Position numbers and translations under genes: made by a program
Notes under the pieces: model-generated
Seen by the model: only the letters and a program-made list of their open reading frames with translations
Databases searched by the model: none
What the model was told of the DNA's origin: nothing
Shown here: positions 19,093 through 27,522 of the stretch, one piece after another
How positions within the stretch are numbered: position 1 is the first letter of the stretch
Layout of the letters: each line of letters starts with the position of its first letter
Origin: Desulfobacterales bacterium
Lineage (GTDB): Bacteria > Desulfobacterota > Desulfobacteria > Desulfobacterales > UBA2174
Reading direction: 5' to 3'
NCBI GenBank assembly: GCA_963668645.2
Contig: CAXXWC010000021.1
Span: 768,001 to 832,000, forward strand
DNA: 64,000 nucleotides

Positions 19093-20237
19093 CTAACATC
19101 CTGTCCGAGTTCGTATCGCAGACCCTCCAGCATTTCACCGGATATCTTCTTGCAAAAAACGCCATTATTATTAGATTTAAGCCTGAATAAGCTTAAATCT
19201 TTTAAGTTACTTTTCGTACCTTTGATGATTGCGTCAACGCATTCTATACTATGTGTTGTTGCAAAAACTTGTATTTTTAGTTCTTTTACTATTTCTACGA
19301 ACCAACTCACGAAATTCTCTAATGCAACTGTATGAATTGCGTTTTCAAATTCGTCTATGCAAAAAACGCCATTTTCACATTCAACAAGACCTGTCGCTAT
19401 GCTTATGATTCTTCTTATCCCGTCACCAAGAATAGTCAATGGAATAGTCCCCAGCTCTTTGTGTTCCGCGTAAAGCTCTGACAAACCGCCCTCTGGTTGC
19501 AATATTGTAACATTTTCAATTTCTGGGTCAATCCTTGATATTATTTCTAATACTTTTTTGTGGTGCCCTCTCCTAACTGTTTTTGTCCACTCTTTAACAC
19601 CTACTTCCGGCCCTTTTTGAAGAATAGATCCTTGATATTTTGCTGGTATGTCAGTCTTAATAAGCGGCGGTTTGATTTGAATATTATCAGCAATCTCAAA
19701 ATTGAAATCTTGTGAAATAGTATCCTGATTATCAGATTTGAAATACAATATAACTTTTCCTATCGAAACCGCTTTGAGCATAGCACCTGAATCCCTTCTT
19801 AGATTAATATCAACAGGTGCAGAAGCTGATGTCGAAAAGATTGTGTGGCCATTTGATCCAACCGCTTGCTTAATAAGTTTTTCATCAATATCTTCATTTT
19901 CTGCGTAATCTTCTACTATTGCTTTAATCTCTCGCTTTACTCCTTTCCATTTGCTCTTCAATATAAACTCAGTAGAACGATTATTTAATGGGCCTGAAAA
20001 CAACCACTTAATTTGTTCAAATATATAGCGTTGATTCCCCCAAAAAGAACCATTTCTAAAAGTGATTATTGACAAAATAACAGGCATATTCAAAGGGGCG
20101 CAACAAATAAATATTGCCTCCAACAAACTTGTTTTTCCACTATTATTTGACCCCACAAAAATATTAAAACGACTTGTTGATTCTATTTCTAGATTTCTTA
20201 TTCCTCGAAATCCTTTTACAATCAAATTTTTAAACAT
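19086..20237 (-). CDS. AAA_15/AAA_21 (ABC-type) ATPase, putative defence ATPase
   Basis: KGFRGI, VGSNNSGKTSLLEAI, LGDGIRR signature, IDEFENAIH, QVFATTHS. Confidence 0.9.
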   Translation of the reverse strand: MFKNLIVKGFRGIRNLEIESTSRFNIFVGSNNSGKTSLLEAIFICCAPLNMPVILSIITFRNGSFWGNQRYIFEQIKWLFSGPLNNRSTEFILKSKWKGVKREIKAIVEDYAENEDIDEKLIKQAVGSNGHTIFSTSASAPVDINLRRDSGAMLKAVSIGKVILYFKSDNQDTISQDFNFEIADNIQIKPPLIKTDIPAKYQGSILQKGPEVGVKEWTKTVRRGHHKKVLEIISRIDPEIENVTILQPEGGLSELYAEHKELGTIPLTILGDGIRRIISIATGLVECENGVFCIDEFENAIHTVALENFVSWFVEIVKELKIQVFATTHSIECVDAIIKGTKSNLKDLSLFRLKSNNNGVFCKKISGEMLEGLRYELGQDVRW

Positions 20238-20249
20238 TTTATATTTTCC

Positions 20250-21407
20250 TCACTTTTTAATAGATTTCAAATATGAACTATTCTGTTTCGTTAGATTTAC
20301 TGTAGCTTCATATATCCTTTTAGCATCTTTTGTACTATTATTAAGGTATCTATCAAAAGCCTTATTTGTTGTATGTAGAGTTCCATAATTTCTAATTTCT
20401 TCGGGTGAAAATATTTTTTTCAAAGCAGTTGTTGTGCTATGCCTTGTTCCACCATAAAGATCTACCCCATCCACCCCAATAGTTCGGCATGCTCTTTTCC
20501 ACCACTTATATAAATATTTATCTCCGAATACTTCACCAGCCTTCGCACCCTTAATACCACCCGCATGTCTAAAAAAATGCAAGTTAGGTAAACCACGTGG
20601 CATCTGTGCAAGAATTTCAAGATCGTCATCTATTATCGGGACCAACTTCGGACGCTTTTCCTTTGGGTGAGGTATAATAAAATATCCCAGTTTTACGTCA
20701 ACCTCACCCTCTTTCAACCTTAGCAGCTCCCCAGGCCGTATGGAAATATATGTTGAAAGCCATTTGATACCCAGCCAGATCTTTGGATTTATGTCAAACG
20801 ACATTTTATGGATTTCGTCAATAATCGCCTGTTGAGTCTCTTTGTCGATTATCTTTCGCCAACCAAGTTCAAAGCTCACTTCTGGAAACTCCGGCATCGG
20901 AATCTTTTCCCGCCGCTTAACCCAGGCAAAAAAACTATGCAGCCCCGATTTCATGTTGGACTTGGTCTTATCAGAAGCCTTTTGGCTATGCAGGAAGTCC
21001 TCTATTTCTCCAAAACCTATAGCCTTGACGTTCTTCTGGTCCCAAACGCCTATTGCCTTTTCTATGTAGTTTCGGAGATTGGCGTATGACTTGGGCTTGA
21101 CTTCTTTCTTTTTTAACTCAAGCCATTTTCTGGCCTGAGTTTCGAAGCCAAGTGGATGGTTTACCCGGTAGTCTCTGGGGTCATATGTCCCTTGGTCCAC
21201 TTCCCACCGCAGACCGTCAAGAAACCTTTCGGCCTCCCTGTAAATAGCAAACCGCTTCTTGGTCCCCCTGCCGAAATGGACCCGAAAACGGCCTGTTGCC
21301 TGTTGGTCTGGATGATCCGGACAGAATAGGCCCCGGCGCCGGTCATCATGGACAAAGTTGCCCCCACATATTTGGCACCGCTGATCAGAGTAGATCCTCC
21401 CACGCAT
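20250..21407 (-). CDS. Tyrosine recombinase/integrase
   Basis: SIRPGELL (R), HPKEK (K), YGGTRHS, LHTT..AFDRY (H, Y); N-terminal CxxC..CxxH; start MRGRIY after GGAGG. Confidence 0.88.
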   Translation of the reverse strand: MRGRIYSDQRCQICGGNFVHDDRRRGLFCPDHPDQQATGRFRVHFGRGTKKRFAIYREAERFLDGLRWEVDQGTYDPRDYRVNHPLGFETQARKWLELKKKEVKPKSYANLRNYIEKAIGVWDQKNVKAIGFGEIEDFLHSQKASDKTKSNMKSGLHSFFAWVKRREKIPMPEFPEVSFELGWRKIIDKETQQAIIDEIHKMSFDINPKIWLGIKWLSTYISIRPGELLRLKEGEVDVKLGYFIIPHPKEKRPKLVPIIDDDLEILAQMPRGLPNLHFFRHAGGIKGAKAGEVFGDKYLYKWWKRACRTIGVDGVDLYGGTRHSTTTALKKIFSPEEIRNYGTLHTTNKAFDRYLNNSTKDAKRIYEATVNLTKQNSSYLKSIKK

Positions 21408-21474
21408 GCAAAGCCCTCCCTGAAGGTTTACCTTGCGAGTACCATGCGTTAGCGGATAGGTCAACATATCGTTT

Positions 21475-22746
21475 TTATGAGAAGAGATGTACGTAAGCCA
21501 AATTATTGGGGATTCCCAAGCGAAGGCGGAGAGCGACGGTCTGCAGGATCTTAGTCTGAGCGCGGTCGATCTTGGTCCGCTTCTCGGCCAGGGCCTCCCG
21601 GAAACATGCTCCGGATTTCTCAAGGCTCCGGGTCAGTTCGATGAATCGGTTGATTCCCTTGTAAAACGTGGCTTCGTCGTCCTCTTCATCCTTTTCGAGC
21701 GAGGCAGCCAGGAAAGAGGTGAAACACCCATAGGTCTGTGTGTAGTGCTTTTTTTCCTCAGTGCATAAAGCCTTGCAGCGGATCAGCGGTACCGGACCGG
21801 GTTGGCCGTCGCCGTTCTCTCCATCGAAAGCCCTTTGAATCAGGGTCCACCACTCGAAGGTGGTCCGCTGGGTGTGATGGCAACCGGGGTTGTTCTGGAA
21901 CTTCAACCATTTCTCGGTGCAATAGGCCCAAATATTCCCCAGGGCCTGAAACATGTCTTCAACCGAATCAATTCCCAATTCTCGGAGAACCTCCCGGCGG
22001 ATCTGAAATTCTGTCCGAACGACATTGAACCCCTCGGGGATATTTTCCAGCTTCCAGACGTCGAACATCCATTCCTTTTGACCCTTCTCCTTGATCTCCA
22101 TCGGCTTGTCATAAAGCCTTGCCTGAATCTCGCCTCGGCCAACGGTAATTCCTTCGAGGTCGGTATTTGAAAGATAAATCGCCGATTTCCTGGCATAGGT
22201 GGATCGGTACCTGGCAAGGTCGGGCGTCCAAATATCTGAAGGAAACAGCAGGTCGACGCACAGGTCCACGCGTGACGCCTTGGTTCTGTGGATTTTCCCG
22301 CCCGCACCGTCAATGAAGGATATTACTCGGTTGACCGCTTCGTGGGGACCTATATGCCAGAGGGCCTCGGACCTGATTTCGACCTTAATCGATGGCATGG
22401 ATTTTAGTTCGTTCCAGTTGCCTATATGAAAGCTGTATTCCTTGCCGACGATGACCCATTCATAGCCGCGCATCCCGAAAGGCTTGATGACACCACGGAA
22501 GGCGTCCACGCTCCGATGATCCGTCAATTCGATCTCGATATCCTTGTCCTCGGCCCGGGCTTGCTCCTTTTTTTCTGTCAGATATTTGAAGAACCGCCCA
22601 TCTTTCCATATGACATCGATGCCGATTACCAATGTATCGACGCCATTTGCAAGTAACCTGGTTCCATCTGATAACTGCTCAAAATCTACTTTTGAAGGGT
22701 GGCTGAGAGACGTTCGCCACCCTTTTTCCTCATCCGGCCTGTCCAT
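21475..22746 (-). CDS. Rolling-circle replication initiator (Rep_trans/replication-initiation-factor-like)
   Basis: GVDTL, SRVDLCVD, ARLYDKxxE, VRTEFQIRRE motifs; adjacent to integrase as in Pf-like prophages. Confidence 0.75.
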   Translation of the reverse strand: MDRPDEEKGWRTSLSHPSKVDFEQLSDGTRLLANGVDTLVIGIDVIWKDGRFFKYLTEKKEQARAEDKDIEIELTDHRSVDAFRGVIKPFGMRGYEWVIVGKEYSFHIGNWNELKSMPSIKVEIRSEALWHIGPHEAVNRVISFIDGAGGKIHRTKASRVDLCVDLLFPSDIWTPDLARYRSTYARKSAIYLSNTDLEGITVGRGEIQARLYDKPMEIKEKGQKEWMFDVWKLENIPEGFNVVRTEFQIRREVLRELGIDSVEDMFQALGNIWAYCTEKWLKFQNNPGCHHTQRTTFEWWTLIQRAFDGENGDGQPGPVPLIRCKALCTEEKKHYTQTYGCFTSFLAASLEKDEEDDEATFYKGINRFIELTRSLEKSGACFREALAEKRTKIDRAQTKILQTVALRLRLGIPNNLAYVHLFS

Positions 22747-22761
22747 GCATCACCTCCGCAA

Positions 22762-22956
22762 TCAAAAGGGAATTTCCATGCATTCGCTGTAGCTCAAATC
22801 GTCGCATCGCTTTAAAACGCCAGCTCCTAAACGTCGTAAGCAAATGCGCTGGCCAGTGCTCCGCACTCGAGCACGAAACCGGCACGTCAACCAGTCACCA
22901 GGCAACAACAGTTCCTCTAAATCGATCTCACTCGCTGGAAATTCGCCGTTGTCCAT
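22762..22956 (-). CDS. Small hypothetical phage protein
   Basis: 64-aa co-oriented ORF ending EIPF just before the Rep RBS. Confidence 0.4.
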   Translation of the reverse strand: MDNGEFPASEIDLEELLLPGDWLTCRFRARVRSTGQRICLRRLGAGVLKRCDDLSYSECMEIPF

Positions 22957-22988
22957 AAAATCCCTGCCTCAAGAGAAAAGAATAAAGA

Positions 22989-23114
22989 CGAGGAGGGGGG
23001 GCCAGTCCCCCCGGCGACAACCTGGGGCTTCGAAATTTCTCCGGGCGCCAGATTTGCATCCCATATCTATCGGGTCCACGACTCCCTGCACCGGGAACTG
23101 GCCCCCCCTCCTCG
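22989..23114. repeat. Perfect 18-bp inverted repeat (90-bp spacer); candidate origin or packaging structure
   Basis: CGAGGAGGGGGGGCCAGT (22989-23006) / ACTGGCCCCCCCTCCTCG (23097-23114). Confidence 0.75.
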
Positions 23115-23545
23115 CGTGCGCTCCACACGTCAAAGTCCGTAATAGGTTCAAGCAAATCAGTCGACCGCAGGCTCCGCTAAGCCAGGGCCGCGCCAAGGCT
23201 TCCGGTCGTTCCTCCCTACAGCCTTGTCACGGCCCCGGCATCGCTGCGCCTGAGAGTCCGCTTTCTGGTCCCGTCTTTTGCTTCGATCCGGGACGCTTTT
23301 TCCCTTCCCCTGGGGACCAGGTGAAGGGGAAAGGGAAAAAGCTGCCATTTTTTTCCATTGCAATTGAGCCTGCCGGGCGCGGCCGCGTTGCTGGCCGGTG
23401 TCATTATTAGTATCCCTCCTTTCTTTTTTCACCGCATTCGAGCCTACCGGACGCGGTCGCGTTGCTGACCGGTGTCTGCTCTTGGCCAATCGCCGCCAGA
23501 GGCCCGGGGGATTCATCGTCTGCCAGGTCGATTCCGAAATTTTCC

Positions 23546-24022
23546 CTAAATACATGGTGGGTCTGGTAACGGCATCCAGTGAGTGACGGGATAATCATCA
23601 GCAGATATCCAACCCACCGGAGCGTAGGCGAAAACCCACCCACTCGGTCGAGCTCGCGTACTACCCAAATACTCGCCATACTCTTCCGGATTTTTATCTT
23701 TTACAGATATCCACTGATGCAACGGCATCCAGACTTTATCTTCGGCTCTATCCTGCTGAGGCTCCTCGACGGCCTTGTCGACCCGAGACGACCGGACCTG
23801 ATAGGACAAACTCCTGGTTAAGAGGCTGACAGGGCCGTCACAGTAAAACCACCTGTAGGACTCATACCGCTCTCTACGAAGGTGACCGTACATGATAGCT
23901 GTCACATGCGCATGACACCATGCACGGACGAGATCGCACGCATGGTCGTAGGGGCAGATGAAGACAACGCGACCAAGGCAATCGACGGGGTAAAACTGAT
24001 AATCACTTTTAGCCCACGACAT
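23546..24022 (-). CDS. Phage protein with C-terminal DUF551-like domain
   Basis: WISVKDKNP...VTHWMPLPDPP; GGAGG RBS before ATG 24022. Confidence 0.7.
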   Translation of the reverse strand: MSWAKSDYQFYPVDCLGRVVFICPYDHACDLVRAWCHAHVTAIMYGHLRRERYESYRWFYCDGPVSLLTRSLSYQVRSSRVDKAVEEPQQDRAEDKVWMPLHQWISVKDKNPEEYGEYLGSTRARPSGWVFAYAPVGWISADDYPVTHWMPLPDPPCI

Positions 24023-24058
24023 GATTAACACCTCCCAAGTTTGACAACCCGGTGTCTA

Positions 24059-24271
24059 TTACTGTCTGAAATACAAGCCTCTGTGCAGAGCCTCCTGAGC
24101 CTGCTTGTAGCTGCGGTAATACCCGCTTTCTCGGCTGTACGGCCCGCATTTTGGGCACAAGAAGCCGAGGTAATAGCCGGCTGCCGAACGTTGGACTCCA
24201 ATGGTCAGAACGGTCCCGCACTCGGAACAAATGGTTTCGGTGTCGTTGATGCACTCTCCTGGCATGGTCAT
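24059..24271 (-). CDS. Small zinc-ribbon protein
   Basis: CSEC...CPKCGPYSRESGYY. Confidence 0.65.
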   Translation of the reverse strand: MTMPGECINDTETICSECGTVLTIGVQRSAAGYYLGFLCPKCGPYSRESGYYRSYKQAQEALHRGLYFRQ

Positions 24272-24464
24272 AGTACGGCTTCTAAGGGTACTCGAAATGT
24301 CAGAACTATATGTAATAACAACAAAATTTGTAGTTTTAGCCTACATGATTTGTTGATTTTAATCACACGCCCGGGGATGGGGGAGAGGGCGCCGCCCAAT
24401 GGCCGTCTGGAAGGCCTTTTATCGGTCTGAAAGCAATAGCTGCCGCCAGGAATGGTCAGTAAAA

Positions 24465-24779
24465 CTACTTCGGGTCCCTATACTCAAGATTTTCTCCAAA
24501 TGCCCACAGAAGGGCGTCTCTGATTGCCATCTGTTTAGCTTCTTTGGAATGACCGTAGGGACCGTAACCTATCTCATATCTCCTCATCTCATTGGTCTGC
24601 GGGTCTCTGAGCATTAAACAGCTTTGCCAGCCTTCGATGTCTCTGAAAATGGTTATGTAGGGAGTGAAATCCTGTTGAATAAGCCACTGTCTGCCACATG
24701 CACATCGTAACGTTGATCCCGGAGATACTTCCGATTTTCGTTTGCATGTCGGGCATTCAAAAATCATTTCATCCCCCAT
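24465..24779 (-). CDS. Hypothetical protein with N-terminal zinc ribbon
   Basis: CPTC..CACG; TAATG coupling to the upstream 44-aa gene. Confidence 0.6.
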   Translation of the reverse strand: MGDEMIFECPTCKRKSEVSPGSTLRCACGRQWLIQQDFTPYITIFRDIEGWQSCLMLRDPQTNEMRRYEIGYGPYGHSKEAKQMAIRDALLWAFGENLEYRDPK

Positions 24780-24913
24780 TAGAATTTCTTGATAATCTTG
24801 TCCAGATAGAGCCCGGCGGTAACGCACAAGACAATTGTAACCAAGACTACACCTATTGCGTACAGCGGGGACACGAATGCAGCCAGATCGAAGTCAGCAG
24901 GTAAGTAGAACAT
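24779..24913 (-). CDS. 44-aa single-TM coat-like protein
   Basis: Manual translation MFYLPADFDLAAFVSPLYAIGVVLVTIVLCVTAGLYLDKIIKKF; stop/start overlaps on both sides. Confidence 0.7.
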   Translation of the reverse strand: MFYLPADFDLAAFVSPLYAIGVVLVTIVLCVTAGLYLDKIIKKF

Positions 24914-25317
24914 CAGCGCCAGTTTAACCCCCATATAAAGGCAGTAATAGCCAAGATCCCAACAAAAAAGCTTGCCAATAGCGATAACTGATCCATCAGG
25001 TTTTTTTCACTTGATTCTGTGGCATCCAATTTGATCGAGGATATGTAAGGATCGTTTGTAATCTGTATCAAGCTGATTCGCTTCTGACCGTCCAAGGCCT
25101 CCCTTGCCAGATCCCGCAGGGGGCTACTGCTATTGGAATAGGCGATTGTCGCGCCTTGATAGATGATCGAGCCGTTTACGTCTTCCAGATCGAGCAACAA
25201 GGACCCGTCTTCATGGGTGGTCATGTCGTGAATATAGATATTTGAATAGTCCGATGAGAAAACCTCGGGGGCCAGCATGATCAGAATGAAAATCGTTGTC
25301 GTAATCACTCTACGCAT
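24913..25317 (-). CDS. Exported protein with signal peptide and C-terminal TM anchor (possible extended minor coat protein)
   Basis: MRRVITTTIFILIMLA.. signal; C-terminal LLASFFVGILAITAFIWGL. Confidence 0.65.
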   Translation of the reverse strand: MRRVITTTIFILIMLAPEVFSSDYSNIYIHDMTTHEDGSLLLDLEDVNGSIIYQGATIAYSNSSSPLRDLAREALDGQKRISLIQITNDPYISSIKLDATESSEKNLMDQLSLLASFFVGILAITAFIWGLNWR

Positions 25318-25432
25318 GATTGCCGAAATCCCTTAAAACTCGAATGATAATGCCAATGGACAGCCCAACCAGGTAGCAGACGATTACCAGGGAGGCCCCG
25401 AAACCGAAATATTCAAAGCTGAATTCAAACAT
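25310..25432 (-). CDS. 40-aa single-TM minor coat-like protein (pVII/pIX-sized)
   Basis: Manual translation MFEFSFEYFGFGASLVIVCYLVGLSIGIIIRVLRDFGNHA. Confidence 0.65.
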   Translation of the reverse strand: MFEFSFEYFGFGASLVIVCYLVGLSIGIIIRVLRDFGNHA

Positions 25433-25435
25433 TGT

Positions 25436-25789
25436 TTAAGACCTTATTTCTACCTTTATAGGTCCGTCGCCATGATGTCTTCTAAAACCCTCTATTTCAT
25501 AATCTGCAAGACTTTCTTCGTATCTTCTTTTCATAATGGGTTCATCGAATTTGCCTTTGCTATACATGTAAGCCTTGAAAGCATTTCGGGCTTCTCTTTC
25601 CTCGGGGATTCTTGTCAAAATCCGATATATCCAAGTAACCGCCACGACAATTATCTCAAGAGAAAGAATGAACGTTACAACGATCATCAAGTCATTCGAC
25701 ACAAAGCCGGATAGCAGGTTGTCAACAACATCCCACACCGCATCCTGAAGCATTTCCGCCGCAGTTCTTGTGCTGGTAAAGTCGGCCAT
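25436..25789 (-). CDS. Single-TM hypothetical phage protein
   Basis: MADFTSTRT..; TM LMIVVTFILSLEIIVVAVTWIY. Confidence 0.65.
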   Translation of the reverse strand: MADFTSTRTAAEMLQDAVWDVVDNLLSGFVSNDLMIVVTFILSLEIIVVAVTWIYRILTRIPEEREARNAFKAYMYSKGKFDEPIMKRRYEESLADYEIEGFRRHHGDGPIKVEIRS

Positions 25790-25803
25790 GGTATTACCTT
25801 GGT

Positions 25804-25875
25804 AAGGGAAGGGGGAGTGCGCCCCCTTCCCTGGTTTCACAGTGGCGGGAGGGGTGCCCTGTGGCATCCCTCCCG
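25804..25875 (-). terminator. Two consecutive GC-rich hairpins after the major-coat candidate
   Basis: GGGAGGGGTGCC-ctgt-GGCATCCCTCCC and AGGGAAGGGG-N8-CCCCTTCCCT. Confidence 0.5.
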
Positions 25876-25880
25876 GTTGA

Positions 25881-26033
25881 TTAGCCGCGGAACCGGGGCA
25901 GCATGCGCAGCACGTAAGCTCCGCCAGCCATGGCCAGCCGAATGGTCAGGAAGGTGATCACCAGGGCGATAACGGCATCACCCAAGGAATCGATGGAAGC
26001 GGCCGCCAAAACATCGGTAAGGGACATGGTCAT
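25881..26033 (-). CDS. Major coat protein candidate (pVIII-like, no signal peptide)
   Basis: Manual translation MTMSLTDVLAAASIDSLGDAVIALVITFLTIRLAMAGGAYVLRMLPRFRG: acidic N-terminus, TM, basic C-terminus; strong AAGGAG RBS; followed by hairpins. Confidence 0.75.
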   Translation of the reverse strand: MTMSLTDVLAAASIDSLGDAVIALVITFLTIRLAMAGGAYVLRMLPRFRG

Positions 26034-26066
26034 GACAAATTCTCCTTTTTGATTGATGATGGTTGG

Positions 26067-26201
26067 TTAGCTCAGGATTTTAAGCAGCAGTCCCACACCC
26101 AAAATGATCATGGCTATGGTAATGACCCCTGCTGCCGCCATGTTCACATCTGCCGTAACTCCGGTAAACATCGCGGAGCTAATTAAAGGTGTCCACTCCA
26201 T
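26067..26201 (-). CDS. 44-aa single-TM coat-like protein
   Basis: Manual translation MEWTPLISSAMFTGVTADVNMAAAGVITIAMIILGVGLLLKILS. Confidence 0.7.
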   Translation of the reverse strand: MEWTPLISSAMFTGVTADVNMAAAGVITIAMIILGVGLLLKILS

Positions 26202-26205
26202 TGCA

Positions 26206-27480
26206 TCACCCCCTTTCTATGTGGACGGAAACAATCGAGGCCCGCAGAACTATCGACAGATGTAAGATGGAAGATTCTAAAGACTCGCTCCCGATCTGCG
26301 GCTTTATAAGTGTATGACTCGCCCGGCTGACGCCTTGATATTTCAAACCGCCAACGATGACGATTTCCCCGGGCGTCACGCCTATGGTTGATTTTATCGA
26401 TCGTACAGAAGTAACCGGCCTCGATATCTGCTGGTCCGCCGGTCCCACCTGCAGGAAGTCCTTGACGTTCTGAAGACGGCAATCAAAGCTGATGGCAATA
26501 ATTCCCGGATGAACAATTGGCGTCACGGTCAGGACCAGACCCGAGGATACAGAGGCAAAGGTATAGGCTTGAACGTTCTCCGCGTTATCGGACAAGGAGG
26601 TTATTTGAATAGAATCGACGTATGGAATCTTATCCGAAATATCCAACACCGCCTGGTGGCCGTTGATGGTCGACAGCCGGGCGTTTTGAATGATTCGATA
26701 ATGCCCCTTGTCCTGGAAATACTTGATGGCCGCCTGAAGGTCGACATTGTGCCCTTGCAGCTTGAGCAAGAATCCCCCATCGGTGAGCCCTGCCACCTGG
26801 GCCAGGTCTTTCAACCCGATGGCCCCCATGGAGGCCGCCAGGGTCTTTAAGTCTATGCCGCTTTCAATTGATTCGGTCTCGTCAGTCTCGATTATCACCA
26901 CGTCCATGACCACGAAGTTCAGCGTGTGAGCAGCGGCGAAATAGTCCTTGATCCGCATGTAGGTGATGTAATCGGACTCGAACACCACCCGGGACGTGGA
27001 CGCATCGTAAAAAGGATTCTCGACGCCGAAGGACTGTACAAGGGCTATGACGTTCTCTTTGGTCTCGGGGAAAAGCACCAGCACTGATACCGGCAGCTTT
27101 TCCCGGATTGAAAGGGTGTTGTTGGAAAAATAGAAGTGCAGGCCATGGCTTTCCTGAATCCCCTTTAAAAGCGGCTTTATGTCTCCGCTGTACTTGGGCA
27201 CGGTGATTTCGGTTTCCGGAGATATGTTTGCAATGATGTTGATGCCGGCAGCAGTGAGCACGCTAATGAAATCGCGTAGCTTAAGGGTGTTGTGAACGTC
27301 TATGTCTACTTGCCGGTCCGGAATCCTGGCAAGGTAATCCTCAATATGGACAATCTCGCTTATGGTAAAAGTCTTCTCGGTAAACTCCATGGGCTCAAAA
27401 GGCAGTTTCGGCATGGACTTTTCAGGCAAGGCACAGCCCGCAAGAATCAAGGTCAGTAGCATGATTTTTTTCAATTCCAT
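26206..27480 (-). CDS. Phage secretin (pIV-like) with lipoprotein signal
   Basis: LAGC lipobox; LSTINGHQAVL..IPY, SSGLVLTVTP, GEIVIVGGL secretin motifs. Confidence 0.85.
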   Translation of the reverse strand: MELKKIMLLTLILAGCALPEKSMPKLPFEPMEFTEKTFTISEIVHIEDYLARIPDRQVDIDVHNTLKLRDFISVLTAAGINIIANISPETEITVPKYSGDIKPLLKGIQESHGLHFYFSNNTLSIREKLPVSVLVLFPETKENVIALVQSFGVENPFYDASTSRVVFESDYITYMRIKDYFAAAHTLNFVVMDVVIIETDETESIESGIDLKTLAASMGAIGLKDLAQVAGLTDGGFLLKLQGHNVDLQAAIKYFQDKGHYRIIQNARLSTINGHQAVLDISDKIPYVDSIQITSLSDNAENVQAYTFASVSSGLVLTVTPIVHPGIIAISFDCRLQNVKDFLQVGPADQQISRPVTSVRSIKSTIGVTPGEIVIVGGLKYQGVSRASHTLIKPQIGSESLESSILHLSIVLRASIVSVHIERG

Positions 27481-27522
27481 AATCGGCTCCCGTTCGGCGG
27501 CAACATGGCCGCCGGGCTTCGC

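Noticed and set aside
23157..23555. 132-aa minus-strand ORF in the prophage
   Set aside because: Arg/Gly-rich, no motif or clear RBS; cannot be supported, although a short real gene is possible.
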